From a virus (Duplodnaviria; Caudoviricetes), in IMG/VR virus record IMGVR_UViG_3300027608_000010: 64,000 bases of DNA, one strand, 5' to 3'. Position numbers and translations under genes: made by a program. Below are positions 29,358 through 38,057 of the stretch, piece after piece. Positions within the stretch are counted from its first letter, which is position 1; the number at the start of each line of letters is the position of its first letter. The notes under the pieces were generated by a model, which saw nothing but the letters and a program-made list of their open reading frames with translations, did no database searches and was not told where the DNA came from.

Positions 29358-29429
29358 ATGTGGACAAAACCAACAGCATCTGATATGCGTTTCGGTTTCG
29401 AAATCACGATGTATATTGCCAACCGCTGA
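29358..29429 (+). CDS. pqqA: PQQ precursor peptide PqqA (23 aa; not in ORF track)
   Basis: [23 protein letters not shown] has the PqqA E-x-x-x-Y core (EITMY) and W-x-x-P leader. AGGAGA RBS at 29347, TATAAT at 29305, own terminator. Confidence 0.92.
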   Translation: MWTKPTASDMRFGFEITMYIANR

Positions 29430-29446
29430 TATACATTGAAATCAAG

Positions 29447-29472
29447 AAAAGGGCACTAGTTGCCCTTTTTTC
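29447..29472 (+). terminator. Rho-independent terminator after pqqA
   Basis: AAAAGGGCA-CTAGT-TGCCCTTTTTTT. Confidence 0.8.
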
Positions 29473-29523
29473 TTTACTACGTTAGATAAATCTATATAAT
29501 AGAACGTCAACTTAGGAGATATC

Positions 29524-29769
29524 ATGTCAAGTCTAACTACTTATTTTGAAAACAAAGCATACAAACCCACATACTTTATTGGTGATCGTGTGTTTGGGCA
29601 TTACAATAAAATTCCATTTATAGCAAGCGTGGGCAATGACCGAGTTATAGGTCTTGATGGTCCGGACATCACAGTACATTTAGATTTACCTATCAAAGTA
29701 GATGGTGTAGTTAAGACTATGCTTATAGTCAAACACAAAGATATCAAGCCCTTAAAGGAGTTTAAATGA
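29524..29769 (+). CDS. Hypothetical protein
   Basis: 81-aa ORF with AGGAGA RBS. Confidence 0.65.
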   Translation: MSSLTTYFENKAYKPTYFIGDRVFGHYNKIPFIASVGNDRVIGLDGPDITVHLDLPIKVDGVVKTMLIVKHKDIKPLKEFK

Positions 29770-29888
29770 TATTAGAAGTAATTGTATATGGATTTTTTAC
29801 AGCATTTGGATGGTGGGGTGCAAATCATTATATCATTGAACCCTATTTTCCACCTCCAATAGAGAAGAAAGAAGATTCAAAAAAATGA
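29766..29888 (+). CDS. Small 40-aa membrane peptide (not in ORF track)
   Basis: MILEVIVYGFFTAFGWWGANHYIIEPYFPPPIEKKEDSKK*, coupled by ATGA overlaps at both ends. Confidence 0.6.
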   Translation: MILEVIVYGFFTAFGWWGANHYIIEPYFPPPIEKKEDSKK

Positions 29889-30172
29889 GTACTGAACAAG
29901 ACAAATTCAACCATTCTAAGCGTTTACTCAAGGATGAAAACGCTATTAAAAAACAAACCAAAATTGCTAAATCAGCAGGTTTAAAAGTTGACGAACCGCA
30001 CAAGTTTGCTAAACATCATGCATTGGACTGTGGTAATCCAGAATGTTTTTTATGTGGTAATCCTAGAAAAACACATAAGGATAAGTTAACTACACAAGAG
30101 AAACGTCTCTTCCAAAATGTTGAGACCGTACGTGACAAACATAGTAATGGTTTAAAAAGTGACGACACCTGA
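29885..30172 (+). CDS. Hypothetical basic protein with CxxxxCxxC motif
   Basis: 'CGNPECFLCGNPR' is a likely metal-binding site. Confidence 0.6.
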   Translation: MSTEQDKFNHSKRLLKDENAIKKQTKIAKSAGLKVDEPHKFAKHHALDCGNPECFLCGNPRKTHKDKLTTQEKRLFQNVETVRDKHSNGLKSDDT

Positions 30173-30632
30173 AGAGAGTAATAGTGCAAAGGGTCGTGAT
30201 AGTTTTGATGCTAATATCGGGGATTCATTAGTTCATTTTCTAAATCGTAACGTAACACCTTACGCCACAAGTACACTGGGACCTAAATTTGATTTGATTC
30301 CTGTAACTCAGCAAAAAGATATAATGATTAACCATGCTAGGATGTATGCCCAGCAAGAATATAACCGCATTATTGAATTAGTAACTGTATTACAAAAACA
30401 AGCCGATGACATCAAACGTAGATTAGAAGTTACTGATTTAGTATATTCCGCAGAATATAATTTTCAAATAGTAATGGGAAACTGTTATTGGCTAGTATGG
30501 CAAAAACGTCATTCCAAAACATTGTTAGTTCATACTGGGCCAACTGAATGGTCTACTGGAATTCCTGAAGACTATGAGTACATAATACAGGTTAAATATA
30601 TGGGTGATCATACCTGGCAAGAGATTGTGTGA
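30159..30632 (+). CDS. Hypothetical protein
   Basis: 157 aa, GTG start, overlapping the previous gene. Confidence 0.6.
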   Translation: MTTPEESNSAKGRDSFDANIGDSLVHFLNRNVTPYATSTLGPKFDLIPVTQQKDIMINHARMYAQQEYNRIIELVTVLQKQADDIKRRLEVTDLVYSAEYNFQIVMGNCYWLVWQKRHSKTLLVHTGPTEWSTGIPEDYEYIIQVKYMGDHTWQEIV

Positions 30633-30717
30633 TTGTAATATTACTGTCACACAATTCCTTCTAAATATTAGACTACATAGAAAATTACCCAGGCTAAGAT
30701 TTTAAATAAATAATTGC

Positions 30718-30746
30718 TTGACATTTGTATATTTTAAGTATATAAT
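30718..30746 (+). promoter_or_regulatory. Consensus sigma70 promoter
   Basis: TTGACA(30718)-17 nt-TATAAT(30741). Confidence 0.85.
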
Positions 30747-30783
30747 AGGTAAGTTAAACACAGTAAATTAAAAAGGAGAAATT

Positions 30784-31347
30784 ATGAAATTTACAAAACT
30801 AGCGGTTGCATTTGCAACATTATTGATTGCAGGTTCAGCAGTAGCGGGTGGCTATGCATCATTAGAATATTCTGATGAAACTAATCGTGCAACAGATGCC
30901 ACAAACATCAAAGAAGCAATTGTAATCGGCAACAAAGTTGGCGACACAGACTACAGCCTTAAAATGGAAAACAGCCAAACATCGTTCGGTAGTGGTTCTA
31001 TTACACAAGGTCTAGAAGTTCGTGTAAGACAATCTTTTGGTGCCAAGGGTGCTATCCGTCCTTATTTGGGTGTTCGTTTAGGTGAAAAGGTATCTAGTTC
31101 AACACACTTCAGTCACTATGCTGTTGATGCAGGAGTTAAAATTCCTCTTGGCTCAGGTTTTACTGGTGATGTAGGCGCACGTTATCGTGATGCATTTGAT
31201 ACATCAAACAACTACACTACGCAACGTGCCCATGTTGCAGTTGGTTATGACTTAACTAAACAAGACGCAGTTGCAGTTCGCTGGAGCCGTACCTGGGGTG
31301 ATGAAGAAAAAGACGCAGTACGTTTACAGTACACACGTAGTTTCTAA
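30784..31347 (+). CDS. Outer-membrane beta-barrel protein
   Basis: Cleavable signal peptide (..SAVA), alternating amphipathic strands, and C-terminal 'LQYTRSF' aromatic beta-signal. Confidence 0.75.
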   Translation: MKFTKLAVAFATLLIAGSAVAGGYASLEYSDETNRATDATNIKEAIVIGNKVGDTDYSLKMENSQTSFGSGSITQGLEVRVRQSFGAKGAIRPYLGVRLGEKVSSSTHFSHYAVDAGVKIPLGSGFTGDVGARYRDAFDTSNNYTTQRAHVAVGYDLTKQDAVAVRWSRTWGDEEKDAVRLQYTRSF

Positions 31348-31350
31348 TTT

Positions 31351-31575
31351 GTGAGTAGCAGTAATAAATCACTGAGTGGATTTATTGAAGTCTTTGAGGG
31401 AAGGTTACACAAAATTCGTGACCAGCTTAAGGAAGAACTAGATAAATCCAAATCAGAAAGATCTAGGACAATGATTAAACATCTACTGCGTGACTACAAG
31501 AAACTTAATAAGTTTTTAAAAGAAGTCAGACATGAACATGCAAAGAAGTGTCCTCACTGTGGAAAACATATTTAA
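31351..31575 (+). CDS. Small coiled-coil protein with C-terminal CxxC
   Basis: 74 aa ending 'KKCPHCGKHI'. Confidence 0.55.
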   Translation: MSSSNKSLSGFIEVFEGRLHKIRDQLKEELDKSKSERSRTMIKHLLRDYKKLNKFLKEVRHEHAKKCPHCGKHI

Positions 31576-31622
31576 AATCGACCGCAACGATTGAGCGGAC
31601 ACTGGAACTCGTAACCAGTACT

Positions 31623-31647
31623 AAGACCCGAAAGGGTCTTTTTTTTA
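31623..31647 (+). terminator. Rho-independent terminator
   Basis: AAGACCC-GAAA-GGGTCTT followed by a T-run. Confidence 0.85.
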
Positions 31648-31691
31648 CGACTGTGCTGGTTATAGGATAAATACGGTACAGGAGATACATT

Positions 31692-31946
31692 ATGAAAATT
31701 GAGCAAGCAATTGATTGGCAAAAAGTAAAGGCTAGCCTGCTCAAACAAATGAAGGGTATTGGATATAATCCTGACTTTAGTAAGATGATTAAGAATATTG
31801 ACTCAATGGTTACAAATTTGAGCAAGGTAGAAGTGGAAGCAAGAAGAATTCGCAAATCTAATATGATTCAAAATCAATTAGATGGCATCAACAAAGCTAT
31901 TGACCATTTAGAAAAGTTACTCTTGATAGCACAATTAATGAAGTAA
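31692..31946 (+). CDS. Hypothetical protein
   Basis: 84 aa, AGGAGA RBS, ATAAATA at 31667. Confidence 0.65.
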   Translation: MKIEQAIDWQKVKASLLKQMKGIGYNPDFSKMIKNIDSMVTNLSKVEVEARRIRKSNMIQNQLDGINKAIDHLEKLLLIAQLMK

Positions 31947-31968
31947 CAATTAATATTGCCTTTCTTGG

Positions 31969-31997
31969 TTGACAATAAATCATGCCTGTAGTATACT
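31969..31997 (+). promoter_or_regulatory. Sigma70-type early promoter
   Basis: TTGACA-17 nt-TATACT. Confidence 0.75.
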
Positions 31998-32003
31998 TAC
32001 TGT

Positions 32004-32462
32004 ATGGAAATAAAAATCTTAGCACACGGTAACACTAACCCTGATAAAGTTATCATGGTAGAAAAAACTGTCAAATTCTATGCCAAGTACTTAAATATAA
32101 CAAGTTTTAAGTATAAAGTATACATTTGTTTAGCACCCAAAATGCGGCAAAGAGACGGTAATAACGGAATTTGTAGTAGAACCGGTGACAAAGAAATCAG
32201 TATAGCAGTGGATAGTGCTTTAGCATTACCGCAGTTATTGATGACTCTAGCCCACGAAATGGTTCATGCTAAACAATATGTTCGTGGTCAGTATCGTGGT
32301 GAAATGTCTCGCAACGGGAAGATGAAACGCATTTGGTTAGGTAAACCTGTTTCAGTTGCATACTTGAAACGTCCTTGGGAACGTGAAGCCTTTCGCCGTG
32401 AAGGTGAATTGGCAATGGCGTTAATGAGTACAGTTGCCCAAAAATCAAAAAAGAGTAAGTGA
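32004..32462 (+). CDS. Zincin-type metallopeptidase-like protein (SprT-like)
   Basis: 'TLAHEMVHAKQ' HExxH and 'PWEREA'. Confidence 0.75.
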   Translation: MEIKILAHGNTNPDKVIMVEKTVKFYAKYLNITSFKYKVYICLAPKMRQRDGNNGICSRTGDKEISIAVDSALALPQLLMTLAHEMVHAKQYVRGQYRGEMSRNGKMKRIWLGKPVSVAYLKRPWEREAFRREGELAMALMSTVAQKSKKSK

Positions 32463-32467
32463 GTTGG

Positions 32468-32496
32468 TTGACAGTAATTCAGTTTACTGCTATACT
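32468..32496 (+). promoter_or_regulatory. Sigma70-type early promoter
   Basis: TTGACA-17 nt-TATACT. Confidence 0.75.
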
Positions 32497-32536
32497 ATGT
32501 TTTCGTTATCAATAAGCCATCAACAAGGAGTCAACA

Positions 32537-33640
32537 ATGGCATCTCATGTAAGTGACAATCACACTATCACTAGTGTGCAAACCCGTAAAGCAATTCTAA
32601 GTGCTTTCAAAACTAAACGTCCCGTTTTCTTGTGGGGCCCTCCCGGTATCGGTAAGTCTGATGTAGTTCAGGAAATTGCTACTGAATTAGAAGGTCATGT
32701 TATTGACTTGCGTATGGCGCAAATGGAACCCACTGACATTCGCGGTATTCCCTTCTACAATAAAGATATCAACAAGATGGATTGGGCTCACCCAGTTGAT
32801 TTGCCTGATGAAGAATTTGCAAAACAATTCCCTATCGTTGTATTGTTCTTAGATGAAATGAACAGTGCATCACCCTCTGTACAAGCCGCAGGCTATCAGT
32901 TGATTCTGAATCGCCGAGTTGGTAAATATAAACTTCCCGATAACGTTGCTATCGTAGCGGCAGGTAATCGTGATAGCGACAAGGGTGTTACATATCGCAT
33001 GCCAATGCCCCTTGCTAATCGTTTCATTCACTTAGAAATGCGCCCTGACTTTAATTCATGGCAGACATGGGCTGTGAAAAACAACATTCACAAAGACGTT
33101 GTTGGTTACTTGTCATTCGCAAAACAAGATATGTATGACTTTGATGCTAAATCGTCAAGCCGTGCATTCGCAACACCTCGTAGTTGGTGTTTCGTTAGTG
33201 ACTTGTTGAAAGATGAGGACAACATGGATACTGACACACAATTCAATTTGATTGCAGGCGCTGTCGGTGAAGGTCTTGCTGTTAAGTTTACAGCACACCG
33301 CAAAATCTCAGGTAAAATGCCTGAACCCTCTGACATTCTTTCAGGTAAAGTGAAAGACTTGTCTGTAAAAGAAATTAGTGCTATGTATGCATTGACTGTT
33401 GGTATGTGCTATGAATTGAAAGATGCAGTAGAACAGAAAAAGGTCAAACCAAAAGAGTTCCACGAAATGTCACAGAATTTCTTTGACTACATGATGAACA
33501 ATTTTGAAACTGAATTGGTTGTGATGGGTGCAAAGATTGCATTGAAAACATATGAACTGCCCATCGAACCTAGTCAGTTGAAAAACTTCGATGAGTTCCA
33601 CAAGAAGTACGGCAAGTACATTGTAGAAGCCGGTAACTAA
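32537..33640 (+). CDS. MoxR-like AAA+ ATPase
   Basis: Walker A 'GPPGIGKS', Walker B 'LFLDEMN', 'AAGN', 'ANRF', 'TPRSW'. Confidence 0.88.
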   Translation: MASHVSDNHTITSVQTRKAILSAFKTKRPVFLWGPPGIGKSDVVQEIATELEGHVIDLRMAQMEPTDIRGIPFYNKDINKMDWAHPVDLPDEEFAKQFPIVVLFLDEMNSASPSVQAAGYQLILNRRVGKYKLPDNVAIVAAGNRDSDKGVTYRMPMPLANRFIHLEMRPDFNSWQTWAVKNNIHKDVVGYLSFAKQDMYDFDAKSSSRAFATPRSWCFVSDLLKDEDNMDTDTQFNLIAGAVGEGLAVKFTAHRKISGKMPEPSDILSGKVKDLSVKEISAMYALTVGMCYELKDAVEQKKVKPKEFHEMSQNFFDYMMNNFETELVVMGAKIALKTYELPIEPSQLKNFDEFHKKYGKYIVEAGN

Positions 33641-33688
33641 GTTTACGTCAACATAAAGTTGACTCCCTCGGAACCGAAAGGTTCCTTT

Positions 33689-33726
33689 AAGGGTGAGGAT
33701 AGTGTGAATATTCTCACCCTTTTTTT
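33689..33726 (+). terminator. Rho-independent terminator
   Basis: AAGGGTGAGGAT...ATTCTCACCCTT followed by a T-run. Confidence 0.8.
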
Positions 33727-33740
33727 CTAAAGGATTTTAT

Positions 33741-33893
33741 ATGTCAGGTAAGAAATATTTTTATGCATTGGGTCAAAGTGCCCGTGCCCGTGGAATTGGT
33801 AAATTAACCGCTGAGAACTTTTACTGTATTGAATCAGCGGATGACTATGCCCGAATCGCATTTGACAAAGGTTTTAGAGGCCTACGTGCTTGA
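33741..33893 (+). CDS. Small 50-aa protein (not in ORF track)
   Basis: MSGKKYFYALGQSARARGIGKLTAENFYCIESADDYARIAFDKGFRGLRA*, AAGGA RBS. Confidence 0.55.
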   Translation: MSGKKYFYALGQSARARGIGKLTAENFYCIESADDYARIAFDKGFRGLRA

Positions 33894-33918
33894 CAATAAA
33901 TACGGTAGGCTATATAAT
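33890..33918 (+). promoter_or_regulatory. Consensus sigma70 promoter with embedded ATAAATA
   Basis: TTGACA(33890)-17 nt-TATAAT(33913). Confidence 0.85.
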
Positions 33919-33947
33919 ACTAGTATTAACTGATAAAGGAACATGCA

Positions 33948-35225
33948 ATGAGTGAAGTAATTGGCAAACGCAAAAAGAATCGTAGTGATAAATTTGATAA
34001 ACTTATCGGACCCACTGACACTAAGATTGATAATCTGGCCCGTGAACGATTAGTCGGCGCACGTATTGGTCTATTGTTGCGTCATAGTTTCTTTGGTAAT
34101 CTTGCTACTCGCATGAAGTTAGTCAATGCTGATGAGTGGTGTGCTACAGCGGCAACAGATGGCTTAAAATTCTATTACAATAGCCGTTTTATTATGATGT
34201 TGAAGCCTAAAGAAGTTGAATTCTTAGTAGGTCATGAAGTGTTACACGTTGTATATGATCACATGGGTCGCCGCAATGAGCGTGATCCGCAAATCTGGAA
34301 CATTGCTGATGACTATGCAGTTAATGCAGACTTAAAACGACATAATGTAGGTCAATTCATTACTACTGTACCTTGCTTATACGAAACAAAATATGATGGT
34401 AAGCCGGCAGAGGAAATTTATGATGACCTGATGAAGAATGTTCAGAAAATTAACATTGACCAATTGATTGATATGTTGCTTGACGATCATATGGATGATG
34501 GCAATGAAGAAGGTGATGGTGACGGACCTGAAGGCAACGGTGACAAGCCCGGACGCCCTCGCATGACACAAGAAGAAAAAGATCGGGCCCGAGCAGAAAT
34601 GAAACAAGCAATCATTGCCGCGGCTCAAGGTGCTGAGGCAGGATCACTACCTAAAGGTGTTGAACGTCTTATCAAAGATGTTACTGAACCTCAGATGCCT
34701 TGGCGTGAACTGATTCAAACTAACTTGACTAGTGCAATTCGTACTGACTACTCTTGGATGCGAGCCAATCGTAAAGGTTGGCACATGGATGCCATCATGC
34801 CCGGTACTACACCCGGTGAAGAGATTGATGTTGTTATTTCACTTGATATGTCAGGTAGTATCAGCAACAAACAAGCACAAGCATTCTTAGGTGAGATCGG
34901 TGGAATGATGGATACTTTTGATGGTTACAAGGTACACATATTTTGTTTCGATACTGATACATACAATCCACAAGACTTTGATAGTGAGAACATGGACAGT
35001 ATTGAACAATACGAACCTCAAGGTGGCGGTGGTACTGACTTTGATTGTATCTTTGATTACTTGAAAGAAAATGCTATTGAACCTAAACGTTTGATTGTAT
35101 TCACTGATGGATATCCTTTTGGTTCTTGGGGTGACCCTGACTATTGTGATACTACTTGGATCATTCACGGTGACAAGAACCCTAGTCCCCCATTCGGTCA
35201 ATTTGCTATTTACGAGGAAAAATAA
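33948..35225 (+). CDS. Metallopeptidase-like + VWA domain protein (DUF2201-type)
   Basis: 'TAATDG', 'GHEVLHV' HExxH, MIDAS 'DMSGSIS', 'GGGGTDF', 'FTDG'. Confidence 0.85.
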   Translation: MSEVIGKRKKNRSDKFDKLIGPTDTKIDNLARERLVGARIGLLLRHSFFGNLATRMKLVNADEWCATAATDGLKFYYNSRFIMMLKPKEVEFLVGHEVLHVVYDHMGRRNERDPQIWNIADDYAVNADLKRHNVGQFITTVPCLYETKYDGKPAEEIYDDLMKNVQKINIDQLIDMLLDDHMDDGNEEGDGDGPEGNGDKPGRPRMTQEEKDRARAEMKQAIIAAAQGAEAGSLPKGVERLIKDVTEPQMPWRELIQTNLTSAIRTDYSWMRANRKGWHMDAIMPGTTPGEEIDVVISLDMSGSISNKQAQAFLGEIGGMMDTFDGYKVHIFCFDTDTYNPQDFDSENMDSIEQYEPQGGGGTDFDCIFDYLKENAIEPKRLIVFTDGYPFGSWGDPDYCDTTWIIHGDKNPSPPFGQFAIYEEK

Positions 35226-35356
35226 TGGAAGCTCTATCTATTCTTGGTAATACTCTTGGTACACTATTCCTATTAGGAAGTGTCCTTGGTATTTTTTATG
35301 TGTTCTATCGACTGTTGAAATATACCTTCACAACAGTGAAAGACCATGACGATTGA
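35225..35356 (+). CDS. Small 43-aa membrane peptide (not in ORF track)
   Basis: MEALSILGNTLGTLFLLGSVLGIFYVFYRLLKYTFTTVKDHDD*; TAATG coupling. Confidence 0.5.
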   Translation: MEALSILGNTLGTLFLLGSVLGIFYVFYRLLKYTFTTVKDHDD

Positions 35357-35597
35357 TTATCCTGACGGATTTATCTATGAATCACCTGACGGTGGTGAAA
35401 CTATTTACGCCCGTCAGGTTGGTTCAGATCAACGCCATTTACATTATGAAAGTGAAAAAGTGAAATCTCTACATGAAAGTTTACTAGAAGATAAAATGTG
35501 GGGTGACATAAGACGATTGGCAAAAACCAATGTGCCATTAGCTGACGCAGTTGATAAAATGATTATGATTTACAATTTAGTCAAGGATAGGAAATGA
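35346..35597 (+). CDS. Hypothetical protein
   Basis: 83 aa, 'FIYESPDGGETIYAR' motif, coupled to neighbours. Confidence 0.65.
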   Translation: MTIDYPDGFIYESPDGGETIYARQVGSDQRHLHYESEKVKSLHESLLEDKMWGDIRRLAKTNVPLADAVDKMIMIYNLVKDRK

Positions 35598-35917
35598 ATC
35601 AGTATCTTGCAATGTGGGATATGTACGGTCTTGAATTTGTATTTGATACCGGTAAGTGGGAAAAAGAGTATATGTGGAGTATTCTTTCTGAAAAACCTAA
35701 ACCAACCACTCCTAGTATTCAAATGATGATACTAAGAGCAAAAGCAAATCCTCAACGTTGTTATGAAATTTATTCATTCAATGCTGATGAAGGTATAACT
35801 GAAGAAACTATTAAAATATCATTTGAATCTGCACCGCAAGGTATGGTAGATTTTATTCGTAAGAATGGACAAAAGATTTATAGTGATAGAGCAACACAGA
35901 AAGCAGTAATTATATGA
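35594..35917 (+). CDS. Hypothetical protein
   Basis: 107 aa, ATGA coupling. Confidence 0.6.
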   Translation: MNQYLAMWDMYGLEFVFDTGKWEKEYMWSILSEKPKPTTPSIQMMILRAKANPQRCYEIYSFNADEGITEETIKISFESAPQGMVDFIRKNGQKIYSDRATQKAVII

Positions 35918-36324
35918 TGTACATTGGTACTAGTCTTGGTGGATGCATACTTAGTCTTATGAACAAGGAGGTGTCCGAAGATGAGGTTATGGTCATTATA
36001 ACTCGTACCGATTGCCCTAATTATGAATCATACATGGCTGTTGTAGAAGCATATTATGCACAAGGTAATCCCGGCGCTAGAAATCCTGAACGATATGAAT
36101 ATGGTCATTTCTTACTAGAATCTGTACTTGACCTTGCTCAACGATTGTGGCAGAATGGTAAAATCCATCAGCCAAGAACTATTACGAGTAATAGTAGATA
36201 TGTACACCCATTCAGAAATGGTGATAGACTTTGGTTTCAAGTAGTGCCCACTATTGATAATGATACACCGGCAGTAGTAGATGCTTACGAAAAATATAAG
36301 ATGCTGGATATACTAACACGATGA
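35914..36324 (+). CDS. Hypothetical protein
   Basis: 136 aa, ATGA coupling. Confidence 0.6.
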   Translation: MMYIGTSLGGCILSLMNKEVSEDEVMVIITRTDCPNYESYMAVVEAYYAQGNPGARNPERYEYGHFLLESVLDLAQRLWQNGKIHQPRTITSNSRYVHPFRNGDRLWFQVVPTIDNDTPAVVDAYEKYKMLDILTR

Positions 36325-36578
36325 ATGTTAATCCGTTGTTATGGTATGGTGAACGTGAACTACAACATATCCCTCCTCATTTTACAAAAGCACACACCGC
36401 ATTAACAGATGAGTCATTGTTTTGGGTAATGACTAAGTGTCAAGGTCGTTATTCTACTGTAAGTGCAGAGGAAGATGATAATGATATCATGTCTATATTC
36501 ATACTTACCCGAAATATATATTTTGAAGACCCTGCCGAAGCAATGATGTACGAATTACGCTGGTCTGGCAGTAAATAA
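36321..36578 (+). CDS. Small protein of the 'F...A..F.LRW' paralog family
   Basis: C-terminus 'YFEDPAEAMMYELRWSGSK' resembles the ORFs at 61-63.8 kb. Confidence 0.6.
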   Translation: MNVNPLLWYGERELQHIPPHFTKAHTALTDESLFWVMTKCQGRYSTVSAEEDDNDIMSIFILTRNIYFEDPAEAMMYELRWSGSK

Positions 36579-36632
36579 ATTTACTTATGTAAAAATTGTA
36601 TTAAATATGTTTAGAACCTCAAGGAGATAAGC

Positions 36633-37304
36633 ATGAGTTTTTTAAGACACGTAGGTAAAATTGGTGATCGTAAAGTTGCAATCATCTTCCGCCAAGTACC
36701 GGGCGAACCGCATATGGCTCTAGTGACATACACTGAGACATTAAACAGACATATTCACGATCCAATGATTAAATGCATCGAAAGTGATATAGGGCAAAAT
36801 AGCAAGGACTTAGCAGACGCATTAAACCGCACTCATACTGTTGATGGTAAATATATTTTACAAGTATTACATCAACAAAAATTGATTAAGAAAGTTCAGA
36901 CTGAAACAGTAATAGTAACCCCTAATCCACAAACTAAGATTAAACTTATTGATTTAAACAAAATTTTAGATGAAATGGAAGCCGGTGAAAGTGCAGTCAA
37001 ACGTCTTGCTGAAATTGATGAACTGGCTCCAACTGATATTGCTAGACAATTTAAAGGTACTGCAATATCAGCACCAGAGGGTGTTTTAGCTGATAATGCA
37101 ATTGCAAGAAGTTTGCGTGATCAGGCTGCTAAAATGGAATTGGAAGCAAAAGGTTTGTTGGCCGAAAGTCAACGACTACAAAAAGAAGCCTCTGACTTAG
37201 ATGGCGTTAAGCCAAAGAAAACAACTAAGAAGGCTGTAGCAGTAGTTCCAGAAGCCCCAGTTAAAAAACGAGGCCGTCCTGCAAAGGCATCAGTAACCGC
37301 ATAA
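36633..37304 (+). CDS. Hypothetical protein with coiled coil and basic tail
   Basis: 223 aa, AAGGAG RBS, TAAATA at 36602. Confidence 0.65.
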   Translation: MSFLRHVGKIGDRKVAIIFRQVPGEPHMALVTYTETLNRHIHDPMIKCIESDIGQNSKDLADALNRTHTVDGKYILQVLHQQKLIKKVQTETVIVTPNPQTKIKLIDLNKILDEMEAGESAVKRLAEIDELAPTDIARQFKGTAISAPEGVLADNAIARSLRDQAAKMELEAKGLLAESQRLQKEASDLDGVKPKKTTKKAVAVVPEAPVKKRGRPAKASVTA

Positions 37305-37311
37305 GAACATA

Positions 37312-37608
37312 ATGACACCTGAATACATCAGAAAGTGGGAACATATACTTGAAGATGTTGAAAAGAGTAAAGTACCAGTTCAATTCATACGAAAAATTAT
37401 TGTAAGAATGTCTGGGAAAAAACAACACACTATTAACATCCAGGCATTAATGCGTCAAGGATTAGACCCTGAAGAAGTAGAAGAAGTCATCTCTCGCAAA
37501 TTACATGAATTAGACCCTCTAATTACAAGTTTTGAATTTGTTTTGAATGTTGAAACAATTGCACAAACAGTACAACCAGAGACAGATAAGTTATTAGGCA
37601 AACTATGA
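37312..37608 (+). CDS. Hypothetical protein
   Basis: 98 aa, coupled to DHFR. Confidence 0.6.
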   Translation: MTPEYIRKWEHILEDVEKSKVPVQFIRKIIVRMSGKKQHTINIQALMRQGLDPEEVEEVISRKLHELDPLITSFEFVLNVETIAQTVQPETDKLLGKL

Positions 37609-38057
37609 AACTTATTATAGCATGTGATCCGAAAGGTGGAATCGGCTATGAGAACAAATTGCCCTGGAGTAACATCGAGGGCGATTTGCCAAGATTCAAG
37701 GAACTCACTACGGGTAAGGTAGTGTTCATGGGACGTAACACCTATGAAAGTTTACCTATCAAGCCATTACCAAATAGAACTAGTATTGTTATTACTAGCA
37801 GAGTAATTGATGAGGTGCGTACTATGGAAAGAATAACTGTTAGAGATAGTATTTTTTATAAAGATTCCTGGATCATAGGTGGAGCCAAATTAGTTAATAC
37901 TCATTGGTGGTGTATCGATGAGATACATTTAACCAAGACATTTACCGAATACACTTGCGATAGTTTCATAGATTTGATATACTTAGAAAAACTGTTTAAA
38001 TTAGAAACAGTTGAGGGTTTCAATGACCATGTATACCAAATTTGGAAAAGAAAATGA
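37605..38057 (+). CDS. folA: Dihydrofolate reductase
   Basis: 'IIACDPKGGIGYENKLPW...DL.RFKELT.G..V.MGRNT.ESLP..PLPNR', 'IIGGA', adjacent to thyA. Confidence 0.92.
   Translation: MKLIIACDPKGGIGYENKLPWSNIEGDLPRFKELTTGKVVFMGRNTYESLPIKPLPNRTSIVITSRVIDEVRTMERITVRDSIFYKDSWIIGGAKLVNTHWWCIDEIHLTKTFTEYTCDSFIDLIYLEKLFKLETVEGFNDHVYQIWKRK

Noticed and set aside
29248-29439. 63-aa ORF-track ORF
   Set aside because: It overlaps pqqA in another frame; the RBS and motif support pqqA instead.
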